In this document: piece by piece, positions 51,388-61,403 of the stretch
Numbering within the stretch: the first letter of the stretch is position 1
How the letters are laid out: each line of letters begins with the position of its first letter
Source: Candidatus Multivorans sp.
GTDB taxonomy: Bacteria; Acidobacteriota; Thermoanaerobaculia; Multivoradales; Multivoraceae
Reading direction: 5' to 3'
Length of the DNA: 64,000 nucleotides
NCBI GenBank assembly: GCA_965224025.1
Contig: OZ245033.1
Location: 1,024,001 to 1,088,000 of the forward strand
Translations under genes and position numbers: made by a program
Notes under the pieces: model-generated
Told to the model about the DNA's origin: nothing
Seen by the model: only the letters and a program-made list of their open reading frames with translations
The model's database searches: none

Positions 51388-53991
51388 TCAGAACGAAACG
51401 GTGACCGTCATCGAGACCGACCGCGGCGGTCCGAGCCAGGCCGCGTTCTCGGTGATGGCGGCGAGATAGGCCTCGTCGAGCACGTTGTTCGCCACCAGGG
51501 AGAACTCCGTCTGCCGGAGCAAGTCGCTCAACGCCTCGCCCGAGAAGCTGATGTAGGCGTCCACCAGCCAATAGGCCTCGGTCGACCAGTCGGACGCCAG
51601 GCTGACGCGCCGCGGCGCCGTGTACTTGGCGCTGACCCCCGCGCTGAGAGGACCGGACCGGTCTAGCGAAACGACCCATAGACGGTCCGGCACGCCGGTG
51701 ACGTCGGCCCCCGCGACGATGTTCTGGCTCGCGTCGACGAGTGGATCTCCGCTGCCGATGTACTCCGAGTCGTTGAGCGTGTAGGCGGTGTAGAGCGACA
51801 TCTGGTGCGGCAGCGGCACCGTGGCGGCGAGTTCGATGCCGGTGGTCTCGATACCGCCCGCGTTGAAGTAGGCGCCGCCCCCCGGGATCAGGTAGTTGGG
51901 ACCGGCCGACGTCTGCGGACCGAGGTAGAAGATTCGGTTCTCGAAGTCGATCGTGTACCAGGTGGCGCTCAGGGCGATCCGTTCCCCCGAATACTGCATG
52001 CCGAGATCGATGTTCGAAGCGGACTCCGGCTCGAGCGCGTCGAGACTGCGTCCGGGCACCTCGAGCAGGTTGGCGCTGATCGCCTTGAAGTTCTCGGCGT
52101 AACCGACAAACAGGTCCAGGCCCTCGACCGGCGTCTCGTAGGTGACGCCGCCCGAGAGGAGGGCGCTCGAATCGGAATCGACCGTCAAGTCCGGGTCGAC
52201 ATGGAACAGGTCCTCGCGCGACACGTCGATCAGGTACTGCTTGACGCCCCCGCTCAAGGTAAACCGTCCGGCATAGATCGTCTCCTCCACGTACCACTTC
52301 AGGACATCCTGCGGGAAGTCCCACTCGTACTGGTGCCAGTAGGGATTCTCGTTCCACCGGAAGCTGATCGTTGGATCGAGGATTTGGTGCCAGTCCCGGC
52401 CAAGATCCCGCCGCGAGTCCTCGTACCAGATGCCGGCCCGGAGCTTGCTGCCGGCGGCGCCGAACGTGGTAAGCCACTCCTCGTCGAGCGTGACGCCGAG
52501 GCGGTCCTTTCCGTAGTGACTGTGGCGGTACGACTGCACCGCGGTGGCGCCCGGATGGCAAGCCGGATCGACCTCCGGGCCACCGGCGCCGTAGTAGTTG
52601 AAGATGAAGGAGGACGTGCAGCCGGGCGTCGGTCCGACGGCGCCTCCGTTCCGGCCCACGAAGCGGATCAGCCCGCGCTGGGCGCCGCCTCGCACCGGCG
52701 CCCCGCCCATCAGCTCGGATTCGGGTCCACCGTTGTCGTCGGTGAGATCGACGATGTAGGGGGGCAGCCAGTCGCCGCGGCCCCGGTGTCGATGGAAATA
52801 GGCGCCCAGTCTCAGCGCCAGCGCGTCGCTGAGCTTCCAGTCCGCCTTCAGGTAGCCGAACGTGTTGTTCCGCCGGGTCTGCCAGCCGGGCCGATAGAAC
52901 TGGTTGAGGTACGGCACTCCCGGCCAGTCGCCGGTCAACCGATCCCACCGCGGATTGGCCAGGAAGTCGCCCTCGCTGTAGAGCCGCTGGTAGACGTCTT
53001 CGTGGATGCTGTCGTACGAGAAGTAGCCGGTGAGATTCAGAGGCCCGTGCGACGAGATCAGCTTGGCGGCCACGTGCTCGCGCTCGTTCTGTGCCGAACC
53101 CTCCACCCAGTCGGTCGCTTCCTGGCGCACAATGGCGACCCAGGCGCGGGTCTGACCGCCGAACAGAGGCCCGGTGTCAGCCCGCATGAAGAAGCGTTGG
53201 CCGCCGTACTCACCCATCGTGGTCGAGGCGGTATAGGTCCGCTCCGCCGCCGGATCGTCGGTCTGGTAGTCGAACGTGCCGCCCAGCGCCTCGACCGAGC
53301 GCGAGGCGATGTCGGCCGTCCCCTGGGACACTTCGACTCCGCCGAGGTTCATCGGATCGATGAACCGGTTTGCCTTGGCGCCGCTCCAGTAGTCCGACGT
53401 GCCGTTCGGGAAGCCGTCGATCGTGGTGCCGATCTGCGCCTCGTTGATGGTCACTTGAAAGCCGCGCATGGCGACGTTGGCCGACCAGTCGTCGAAGCCG
53501 TACGAGTCCCCCTCCTGGACGGAGACTCCCGGCAGGTTGTCCACCACTGAGGTGATGTTCGTGATGTTCGACTGTTGCCGCATCATCGGTTGGGAGACGA
53601 TGTTCCTCGCGAAGGTCCGGGGCTCCTCGGCCACGACCGTGACCGTTTCGAGTAGCCTCGCGACCTGCAGAACGATCCGGACGTTCTCGGTGGCGCCCGT
53701 TGCAACGGAAACCGAAGTCTCCGTCGTCTCGAAGCCCGGCAGAAACGCCGTGACGAGATAGTCGCCGGCCGGCAGACCGGCGCTGGCGTAGGAACCGTCG
53801 GCGTCGGTCACGCGTTCCTGGCGCACGCCTGGGCCGGCCACCGTCACCATTACGCCGGGCAGGGGACTGCCGTTCGCGTCGACGACGACGCCTTCGATTG
53901 TTCCTGTTATCTGGACCGCGGCCGTTGTGGTGGCCGACAGCAGCACGGCGGCGATGGCGAGTCGTCCTCGCCAGAGGCATGGGGCATCCAT
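51388..53991 (-). CDS. TonB-dependent receptor with N-terminal carboxypeptidase-regulatory-like domain
   Basis: Signal peptide, TGTIEGVVVD..PLPGV, ETVTV TonB-box-like, plug NLPGV..MRG, NNVLDEAY..PRS, terminal F; GGAGGT RBS. Confidence 0.92.
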   Translation of the reverse strand: MDAPCLWRGRLAIAAVLLSATTTAAVQITGTIEGVVVDANGSPLPGVMVTVAGPGVRQERVTDADGSYASAGLPAGDYLVTAFLPGFETTETSVSVATGATENVRIVLQVARLLETVTVVAEEPRTFARNIVSQPMMRQQSNITNITSVVDNLPGVSVQEGDSYGFDDWSANVAMRGFQVTINEAQIGTTIDGFPNGTSDYWSGAKANRFIDPMNLGGVEVSQGTADIASRSVEALGGTFDYQTDDPAAERTYTASTTMGEYGGQRFFMRADTGPLFGGQTRAWVAIVRQEATDWVEGSAQNEREHVAAKLISSHGPLNLTGYFSYDSIHEDVYQRLYSEGDFLANPRWDRLTGDWPGVPYLNQFYRPGWQTRRNNTFGYLKADWKLSDALALRLGAYFHRHRGRGDWLPPYIVDLTDDNGGPESELMGGAPVRGGAQRGLIRFVGRNGGAVGPTPGCTSSFIFNYYGAGGPEVDPACHPGATAVQSYRHSHYGKDRLGVTLDEEWLTTFGAAGSKLRAGIWYEDSRRDLGRDWHQILDPTISFRWNENPYWHQYEWDFPQDVLKWYVEETIYAGRFTLSGGVKQYLIDVSREDLFHVDPDLTVDSDSSALLSGGVTYETPVEGLDLFVGYAENFKAISANLLEVPGRSLDALEPESASNIDLGMQYSGERIALSATWYTIDFENRIFYLGPQTSAGPNYLIPGGGAYFNAGGIETTGIELAATVPLPHQMSLYTAYTLNDSEYIGSGDPLVDASQNIVAGADVTGVPDRLWVVSLDRSGPLSAGVSAKYTAPRRVSLASDWSTEAYWLVDAYISFSGEALSDLLRQTEFSLVANNVLDEAYLAAITENAAWLGPPRSVSMTVTVSF

Positions 53992-54051
53992 TGGGGCAGC
54001 ACCTCCCGAGAAGAAAAGAACCCGATCAGGGGTGAAGGACTGGCCGAAATT

Positions 54052-54399
54052 TGGTGGAGGCGGTGGGAATCGAACCCACGTCCGCGAGACTCGGCGCGAG
54101 GGATCTACGTGCGTAGCCTTCACTCGATTGGTCGCTGCCGGCTTGGGTAGAAGGCCACCACGGCCGGCGGTCTAGCTCCGAAGTGATCCGGTCTGAGTTC
54201 GGAGCAGCGCTCAGACGTTCGATCCACTTTGAGTGTCGCTCCTGACGGCGCCGTGAATCAAGGCTCCGGCAGGACCGTGGAGGTTTCTAAGCCGCCAGTG
54301 CCAATTCGTCGTTGGCGAGTATCAAGAAACCGGTTTACGAGTCGGACTCGGCACGCAACCCCCGAACCGCATGATCTCCCGTCGAAGCCATGCGCCCCC
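54052..54399 (-). ncRNA. ssrA: tmRNA copy 1
   Basis: 5' GGGGGCGCATGGCTTCGAC, tag ANDELALAA* (54287-54316), 3' GGTTCGATTCCCACCGCCTCCACCA. Confidence 0.96.
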
Positions 54400-54410
54400 A
54401 GGGACCGTGG

Positions 54411-54416
54411 ATTCTA
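54411..54416 (-). promoter_or_regulatory. -10 box of ssrA copy 1
   Basis: TAGAAT 11 nt upstream of the mature 5' end; identical position in copy 2. Confidence 0.6.
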
Positions 54417-54524
54417 CACCAGACGGCTGCGCCCTGTTGGCAGAGGGCAACGGTTGCCAGCGAGCCGGCTGCCACTGCCGCCAGGACGCCTCGCCAGCGC
54501 CGGGTAGGCAATGCCGAAATCGCG

Positions 54525-57269
54525 CTAGAAGGTCATCCCGAGCTTCAGCCGGAACTCACGCGGAACGAGGTAGCCGCCGGCACTCGAACTCGGCCTTCCG
54601 TTGGCGAGATTCACCGACACCTGATCCTGCTCGTCGGTCACGTTCGCCACCTCGAAGCCGACTTTCCCCGCGAAGGCACCGCGAATCGGAAAGTCCCAGG
54701 CAGCGGCGACCGCCAGCGTCATCGTGTCGGGGAGCTTCTGCGCATCGCGGGGCTCGACGTAGGCCCAGGTGTTGATCCGGGCGCCCGACACGGGATGCAG
54801 CACGGCCGTGCTCGGGCGTAGCCCCCACCGCCGGCCCGCCTGTGCATTGACGATGGCACTCGCGACCACACTCTGATTGCCGATGTCCCAGCGCTTGACC
54901 CCAATGACGTGGGCTACGTACTCGCGATCGGTGTTCAGCCGGCCGTCGAGATTGCGGGCGGTGGGGTTGAGAACCCCAGTCCCAAGCTGGACTCCGCCGA
55001 GGCCCTCGAACTCGTTGCCCTGAGCGTTGAGATCATCTTCGTTGCCCTCGAGCTTGCCGACCGTCAAGTCGGTGCGCAGCGACCAACCCCCGCGGAAGTA
55101 GCGGTTGGCCGCCAGCATCAGCCCCCGGTACTCGCGGAACAGCTCGGGTCGGTTGACGATCTGTCTGAAGATCTGGCCGTCCGCGTCATATTGGTCGTTC
55201 GCCTGGTAGAGGTCTTTCGACTCGTTCCACATCAGCCGAGAGGTGAACACCCAGTTGGGGGCGAACTGCCAGTCCACACCCATCGAGACCTCGTCCTTGA
55301 ACCAGGGCTCGACTGACTGGATCTCGTTGTCGTTGGCCGCGATGAAGCTCCGTTGGAAGATGTCGTATCTCTGGGTTGCCGGGTTCCATCCGAACTGGTC
55401 GAAGGTATTCAGGCCGTTGGTGCCGCGGGTGAAGTGACGGAAGGCGAGGTCCAGCGGGAAGATCCGAACGGCGCGCCCGGCGGTCCCCCGAACCAGGAGC
55501 TTGCCGTCGGCGTTGACGTCGTAAACCGCCGAGAACCGCGGCGCGGGCTCCCGGTAGTCGTTGACCTGCTCGCCGATGTTGTTGGTTACGGTCTGATCGT
55601 CGAGGCGGAGCCCCGCGGTGACCACCCAGTGATCTCCGATGCTGATGCGGTCCTGGGCGTGGATCGCACGCATCGGGCTCTCGTATCTCGAAATGCCGTC
55701 TCCCCCCGGCGACACGTAGACCCGCTTGTTCACGGGTGTCGTGAAGCCGCTCGGCGAATTCAGGTCGTAGCCGCGACCGCGGTAGTCGGTGACGAGGTCG
55801 GCTTTCGCGTTGTAGAACATCGTGTGCTCATCGATCCCGAAGCGCCACTCGTGGTTGCCCTTGAAGAGTGACGCCGCGAGGTTGATCTGCTCGCGAGGAA
55901 AGTCGTTGAAGCCATCGCCGTTGGCCGCCGCGTTACCGTTGTATCGAACCCTGTCGTTGAGGTCCTGGTAGCGGAAGTTGGTGGCGAGCGGGCTATCCGG
56001 CGGAGCGTTGGGGTCGATTTCCCGACGATGCGTAACCCCGCGCGTCAGTTTGTCCGTGCTGTCCGCGACCTTCACCTCGAGGAAGAGGCTCCGGGTGGCG
56101 CTGAAGTTCCAGGCGGCGCTGGCGAGCTTGCTGTCGATCTCTGTCACTGAGAGGGAGTAGATATCCCCGCTGTTTCCCGCGCCCTCGTAGTCGCTCGGTG
56201 CCGTGAGGCCGGTGAACGAGAAATGATGCCGGTCTCCAGCCTGAACGTTGAACTTGCCGACGACCGGCTCGCCCCTCTGGGCAGTCTCGACAACGAAACC
56301 AGTGTTGGTCTGACTGTAGTAGCCGTCGAAGCTCTCACCGGTGGCGACGAAGAACCACGCCCTGTCGCGCCAGATGGGGCCTCCGAGTGAGGCCTCCCAG
56401 GAGTTGAGCTGCTTGTCCGGGCGAGGAAGGTCCGGAGCGACTTGGGAGACAGCGCGCCAGGTGGGGTTCTGACCGACGAAGAGCGCATCGCCGTGAAAGT
56501 CGTTCGTGCCCGACTTGATGACGGTATTGACGATCCCACTGGTGGAGCGGCCGTACTCGGCGCCGTTTCCTGCGACCTGCACGCTGATCGCGGCGGTGGA
56601 GGTGGTCGGCAGGTTGAAGCGGAACTCACCGCCGCGCCGGGTCTGGCTGATGTCGACGCCCTCGATGAACGAGCCCACTTCGTAGGTCAGGCCCCCTGGC
56701 GTGGCCATGAAGCTGCTGTCGTTGGCGGTGTTGCGTGAAGTGACCCCGGGAAGCTGATGCACAGCCGACCCGTACGCGCGACTGGAGAACGCCACTTCCT
56801 CGGTGACCTCAGAGCTCAACGTCGCCGTCAAAGTGGTCTCGAACTTGCTGATCAAGGGCGCCTCGGCGGTCACCGTGATCGCCTCGGCGGTCTCGGAGCG
56901 CAGCTCGAGGTCGATGCCGCGGCGCTCTCCGACCTGCAACTGCGTCGCTACTCTGGCCTGGCCCAGGCCCTCGAGTTCGCCGTGAACCTCGTAGGCGTCC
57001 GGCGGTAGAACGGCGAAGCGGTAGTTCCCGTCGGCATCGGTGATTGCCGTCTTGGTTCCCTGAGGGCCGGTCAGGGTCACCGTGACGCCGGGCAGGGCCC
57101 CACCCTGAGCGTCGAGAGCGCGGCCCTCGATCGTCCCAGTCTGCGGCCCGTCGGCCGACAGGGACATGGGAGCGCAGAGAACGAGGGTTGTGGCGAGAAG
57201 AAGGCGCGGTCGACTAAGTGTTTTCGTGAGCTCAGCTCCCCCAGGGTTTGGGCCGCTACGAACGGCCAA
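54525..57269 (-). CDS. TonB-dependent receptor (Oar-like) with N-terminal carboxypeptidase-regulatory-like domain
   Basis: QTGTIEG..ALPGVTV, EAITVTAEAPL, AEYGRSTSG..IKSGTNDFHG, LGGPIWRDRAWFF, PREFRLKLGMTF. Confidence 0.92.
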   Translation of the reverse strand: MAVRSGPNPGGAELTKTLSRPRLLLATTLVLCAPMSLSADGPQTGTIEGRALDAQGGALPGVTVTLTGPQGTKTAITDADGNYRFAVLPPDAYEVHGELEGLGQARVATQLQVGERRGIDLELRSETAEAITVTAEAPLISKFETTLTATLSSEVTEEVAFSSRAYGSAVHQLPGVTSRNTANDSSFMATPGGLTYEVGSFIEGVDISQTRRGGEFRFNLPTTSTAAISVQVAGNGAEYGRSTSGIVNTVIKSGTNDFHGDALFVGQNPTWRAVSQVAPDLPRPDKQLNSWEASLGGPIWRDRAWFFVATGESFDGYYSQTNTGFVVETAQRGEPVVGKFNVQAGDRHHFSFTGLTAPSDYEGAGNSGDIYSLSVTEIDSKLASAAWNFSATRSLFLEVKVADSTDKLTRGVTHRREIDPNAPPDSPLATNFRYQDLNDRVRYNGNAAANGDGFNDFPREQINLAASLFKGNHEWRFGIDEHTMFYNAKADLVTDYRGRGYDLNSPSGFTTPVNKRVYVSPGGDGISRYESPMRAIHAQDRISIGDHWVVTAGLRLDDQTVTNNIGEQVNDYREPAPRFSAVYDVNADGKLLVRGTAGRAVRIFPLDLAFRHFTRGTNGLNTFDQFGWNPATQRYDIFQRSFIAANDNEIQSVEPWFKDEVSMGVDWQFAPNWVFTSRLMWNESKDLYQANDQYDADGQIFRQIVNRPELFREYRGLMLAANRYFRGGWSLRTDLTVGKLEGNEDDLNAQGNEFEGLGGVQLGTGVLNPTARNLDGRLNTDREYVAHVIGVKRWDIGNQSVVASAIVNAQAGRRWGLRPSTAVLHPVSGARINTWAYVEPRDAQKLPDTMTLAVAAAWDFPIRGAFAGKVGFEVANVTDEQDQVSVNLANGRPSSSAGGYLVPREFRLKLGMTF

Positions 57270-57482
57270 TGTTCACACAGCGTTCAATACGTTCCACTGT
57301 AGTACGGGAGGGGGCTGGGCTGTCAACCCGAGAAGTCAGAACGGCGCCCGAGAAGTGGCGCCTCGGGCGAGTTGGTGTCTTGCGACGTCCACGTCGCTCC
57401 CGGCCTCGGCACTGCCATGGGCTCGCTCTACAACTCCAGGATCACCGGTATGATGCGTATCACCGGGGCCGAGGAGGGGGGA

Positions 57483-57830
57483 TGGTGGAGGCGGTGGGAA
57501 TCGAACCCACGTCCGCGAGACTCGGCGCGAGGGACCTACGTGCGTAGCCTTCACTCGATCAGTCGCCGCCGGCTTGGGTAGAAGGCCACCACGGCCAGCG
57601 GTCTAGCCCCGAAGTGATCCGGCCTGAGTTCAGAGCCGCGCTCAGGCGTTCGGTCCACTTTGAGTGTCGCTCCTGACGGCGCCGCGAATCAAGGCTCCGG
57701 CAGGACCGTGACGGCTTCTAAGCCGCCAGTGCCAATTCGTCGTTGGCGAGTGTCAAAATTCCGGTTTACGAGTCGGACTCGGCACGCAACCCCCGAACCG
57801 CATGATCTCCCGTCGAAGCCATGCGCCCCC
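57483..57830 (-). ncRNA. ssrA: tmRNA copy 2
   Basis: Same ends, same length (348 nt) and same tag ANDELALAA* (57718-57747) as copy 1, with scattered substitutions. Confidence 0.96.
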
Positions 57831-57841
57831 AGGGACCGGGG

Positions 57842-57847
57842 ATTCTA
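57842..57847 (-). promoter_or_regulatory. -10 box of ssrA copy 2
   Basis: TAGAAT 11 nt upstream of the mature 5' end. Confidence 0.6.
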
Positions 57848-57891
57848 CACCAGTCTCGGCGTTGCTCGGGGGTTGCGCGTCGGTGACACCC

Positions 57892-58068
57892 GCCTGACCC
57901 GGGGTTGAAGGAGGGGGTCCCAGGGGACGCTCGCGCTTTCGTGGTGAGTGGAAGATCGGCGCTCGCTTGGGTCGCCTGCGCTCCGGGAAGTCGTCGGTTC
58001 AGGGAAGGTCGTCAGCAGTAGCTTGGCTCCAGCCCCCTAGGACCCCCTCCTTCAACCCCGGGCCAGGC
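57892..58068. repeat. ~170-bp structured repeat family, copy B
   Basis: 35-bp terminal IR with two mismatches (57892-57926 / 58034-58068); homologous to 38408-38577. Confidence 0.82.
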
Positions 58069-58472
58069 TGGACGTCGCCGGGCAGCGGGATACGCCCGCC
58101 TCCATCAGTGAGAGCCACGATCGCGGCCAGTGGATCTGTCGGGTCACGCAGAGATGAGGAGTGCCCCCAAACGCCACCCCGGCCCTTGTTTGAGAGGCCT
58201 GCCGGTGTTCGTCGCACAGGACTCGGTCCCACGACGAGGCCGGTGTGTTCATTGACGGACATGTGATTCACACTCCGGAAACGAGTAGTCTCGACGAAGC
58301 CCAGCGCGCATGTGGCCCCGCTTGGTTCCTTGGTGTCAAGTGATCGGGCGGCAACTCAACGTGCTCGCCGCCAGAATCTGGGGCATACTCCCCGGCATGG
58401 GAATGCCTCCTACGTTGTTGATCGAGGCTGCGAGCCCTATTCGGCCTGCTGCTCTAGAAAGGTGAAGCTCTA

Positions 58473-59648
58473 GTGCGGACTCACGACGCAGGAGACGTTG
58501 CAACAGCCTTAGGGGGCAAGTTGGCTGCCCGGTCACGACACGTATGCCTTTTCCTAGGCGCTGGTGCCAGCAAAGCCTGTGGCTTGCCGGACGTGGAGGA
58601 GTTGGAGGAGACTGTGCTGGACAGCCTTGCAGCTCCGGATGAGACCGTGCTGCGGAGGCTGCTAGAGGGCCGAACTCTCGAGCAGGTTCTAAGTCGCCTC
58701 CGCCGAATTGCGGGACTCGTCTCCGGTGAAGCTGCGGTTGATGGTCTAAGAGCAAAGGACGCTGAGAATCTAGATAACGCGGTGTGCCGGGCGATTGTGG
58801 ACGCGCTGAGTGTGGATAGCGCTTCACCCACTGCAGCCCACTATCTTGCTGTCTGGGCGGCGCGAGCAAACTACCGCGTTCCTGTGGAGCTCTTTACGGT
58901 GAACTACGATCTGCTCCTTGAGAGTGCGTTGGAGCATGTGGGGGCACCCTACTTCGATGGGTTCGTCGGGGCGCTTGAGGCTCGGTTCCATACCGAGTTA
59001 GTGGAGGCAACAGAGGGCAGGGATGACGAGACGGTGCCTCGGTTCTTTGTTCGGCTTTGGAAGCTGCACGGCTCTGTCAACTGGGTTCGAAGGGAGGAAG
59101 GAGGGATCGTTAGACTTGGACAGGTCGCCCCTAACACGCGACCGGCGGCGATCTATCCGTCGGATACAAAGTACGAGGAGTCTCGACGTGTCCCGTTCCT
59201 TGTCCTTCAGGACCAGTTCAGGAGGGCCCTTCATCGGCCGGAAACACTTGTGTTGATTAGCGGCTATTCCTTTGGGGACGAACACCTTAACGAGCACATT
59301 TACGGCGCGGCGACACGCCGAGCTCGGTCGGAGTTCATCGTGTTCTGCTTTGACGAGATTCCCGAGCCCCTAGCGGATCGCGCCATGTTGACGCCGAACC
59401 TCCAAGTCTTAGCCGCCCAAGAGGCGATTATCGGTGGCGTCAGGGGGAATTGGCAGGAACCGAAAACTCCTGTGACGGATGTCTGGCGCGATGATGCCTT
59501 CACGCTCGTCGACTTCAACGAACTCGCGAGACACTTGGCGCGCAGCACGGCCCCACAGTACGAAGACGGACGGGCCTTGGAGGAGTTGCTAGAGCGGCTC
59601 GGCGTCGGTGGCGGATCTGCGGTTGAGGGCGGAGAGAAGGGTGGTTGA
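58473..59648 (+). CDS. SIR2-family protein (anti-phage NADase type)
   Basis: FLGAGAS..GLP, FTVNYDLLLE, KLHGSVNW, GYSFGDEHLN. Confidence 0.92.
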   Translation: MRTHDAGDVATALGGKLAARSRHVCLFLGAGASKACGLPDVEELEETVLDSLAAPDETVLRRLLEGRTLEQVLSRLRRIAGLVSGEAAVDGLRAKDAENLDNAVCRAIVDALSVDSASPTAAHYLAVWAARANYRVPVELFTVNYDLLLESALEHVGAPYFDGFVGALEARFHTELVEATEGRDDETVPRFFVRLWKLHGSVNWVRREEGGIVRLGQVAPNTRPAAIYPSDTKYEESRRVPFLVLQDQFRRALHRPETLVLISGYSFGDEHLNEHIYGAATRRARSEFIVFCFDEIPEPLADRAMLTPNLQVLAAQEAIIGGVRGNWQEPKTPVTDVWRDDAFTLVDFNELARHLARSTAPQYEDGRALEELLERLGVGGGSAVEGGEKGG

Positions 59649-61403
59649 GCAGGATCCGACACGAATCGGGCAAGTCCTTCGGGTACGGGGCGCTGCCGTC
59701 ACGGTCGCGCTCGATCCCGACTTGGCCGGCACCTCGCCGATCTTCCGAGGGCGCCTTCACGCTGTAGGACAGATCGGATCGTTAGTTCGAGTTCCGCAGG
59801 GAGCTGTGGATCTCGTTGCCACCGTGGTCTTCGTCGGTATCACTGAAGGACAGAGCGACGTTGCGCCGACATCGGCACTCCAGCCGGAGGAACGGTACCT
59901 GCAGGTACAGTTACTCGGACAGATTGATCGCGGAACAGGGACGTTTCAGCGTGGTGTGGGGTCGTATCCTGGACTTGACGATCCAGTGCACTTCGCAACT
60001 CCCGAAGAACTGAAGGCGGTCTTTCCTGGCCCCGGGGATGAGAACCTACCTCTAGGACGTCTCGCTGCGGCTGAGGAGACTCCCGTGTGCGTGGAGGCAA
60101 AGAGCTTTGTTGTCCGTCACGCGGCGGTCGTTGGGTCGACGGGCTCGGGCAAGACCAGCGCCGTTGCGGCCACGCTCCAAGGCTTCGTCAAGGGAGGTTG
60201 GGATGCTGCGAACATCGTTGTGGTGGACCCACACGGCGAGTACTCCCGAGCCATGGACGGGTACGCGTCGGTCAGGAGCGTCCTAGGAAGTGGCGCAAAC
60301 CGCCTGCGTGTTCCGTTTTGGGCGATGGCGGCGAACGATATTGTCCGCGTCTTTTGTGGGTCTTGGGCGAGGGGACGTTCTACAAACGTTTCGTCGAACT
60401 CGTTACGCAGCACCGGCGGGAGTTCGTTAGGGCCGCCAACTGGCTTTCATTGGAGCCCTCGGCGGTTACAGCCGATACACCAGTGCCGTTCGATATTCGA
60501 GAAGTGTGGTATCAGCTTGATGCTGAGAACAACATGACTCTGAAAGAAAAGGGCAACCCAGACACCGTGTGTAAGAAGAGCGAAGGCAACGCTTCAGAAC
60601 TGCATCCCGCGACCTTTACACCCTACGGTGCTGGCGGTAGGTCGCCCCACCAGGGCCCGTACTACGGAGTCCATGGCACCTTACCGAACCAACTGCGGCT
60701 CGGCCTGCTGGACCCTCAACTGCGGGCCTTTCTGTCGCCGGAGGGTGAGACGGACGGTACAGACCCGATGATCGAGGTCGTGCAGAGTTGGCTCGGCGAT
60801 GAACGCCCAGTATCTGTGCTCGACTTTAGCGGAGTGCCAGCGATTGCGGCGGACCTTGCGATAGGCGTCGTACTGAACTTGATCTTTGAGATCTCTCTCC
60901 GTTGCGACTTCGGCGGGCCTGGCATCGGGCGGCCCTGTCCCGTCTTGATAGTCCTTGAGGAAGCGCATCGCTACCTTGGAAGCGAGGCCGGCGCTCTGAC
61001 ACGTCAATCCGTGAACAGGATTGCTCGGGAGGGTCGAAAGTACGGCGTCGGCATCATGCTTGTCTCGCAACGTCCGACGGAGCTCCCAAGTACTGCGCTG
61101 GCGCAATGCGGAACGTTGGTTGCACTCAGGCTTTCGAACTCGGGGGACCAGGGGGCGATTCGAGCGGCTCTGCCTGACGAGATTGGGGGCTTGGCTGCCG
61201 CCCTGCCTTCACTGCGTACGGGGGAGGCGATTGTGAGCGGGGAGTCCATGGTATTGCCGGCTCGCATTCTTTTTGATATGCCTGAGCCTAGGCCGAAGGC
61301 AGATGATCCAAGCCTAGAGGCTTGGCGCGGCAAGCCTGCGGTCCCGGACGTTGCGCCAGCTTTGATGGCTTGGCGTGGAACACATGAGGTTGCAGATGAT
61401 TGA
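59641..61403 (+). CDS. herA: HerA-family ATPase/helicase with a frameshift near 60358 (possibly a sequencing error)
   Basis: N-terminal barrel (GQIGSLV), GSTGSGKT, DPHGEY; second frame LEEAH, RIAREGRKYG, SQRPTEL. Confidence 0.9.

Noticed and set aside
53992-54123. N-terminal extension of the TonB receptor ORF into tmRNA (MKATHVDPSRR...)
   Set aside because: Overlaps the tmRNA 3' end; an RBS and signal peptide support the start at 53991
54229-57908. Near-identical + strand ORFs MSVAPDGA... at 54229 and 57660
   Set aside because: Antisense shadows of the two tmRNA genes
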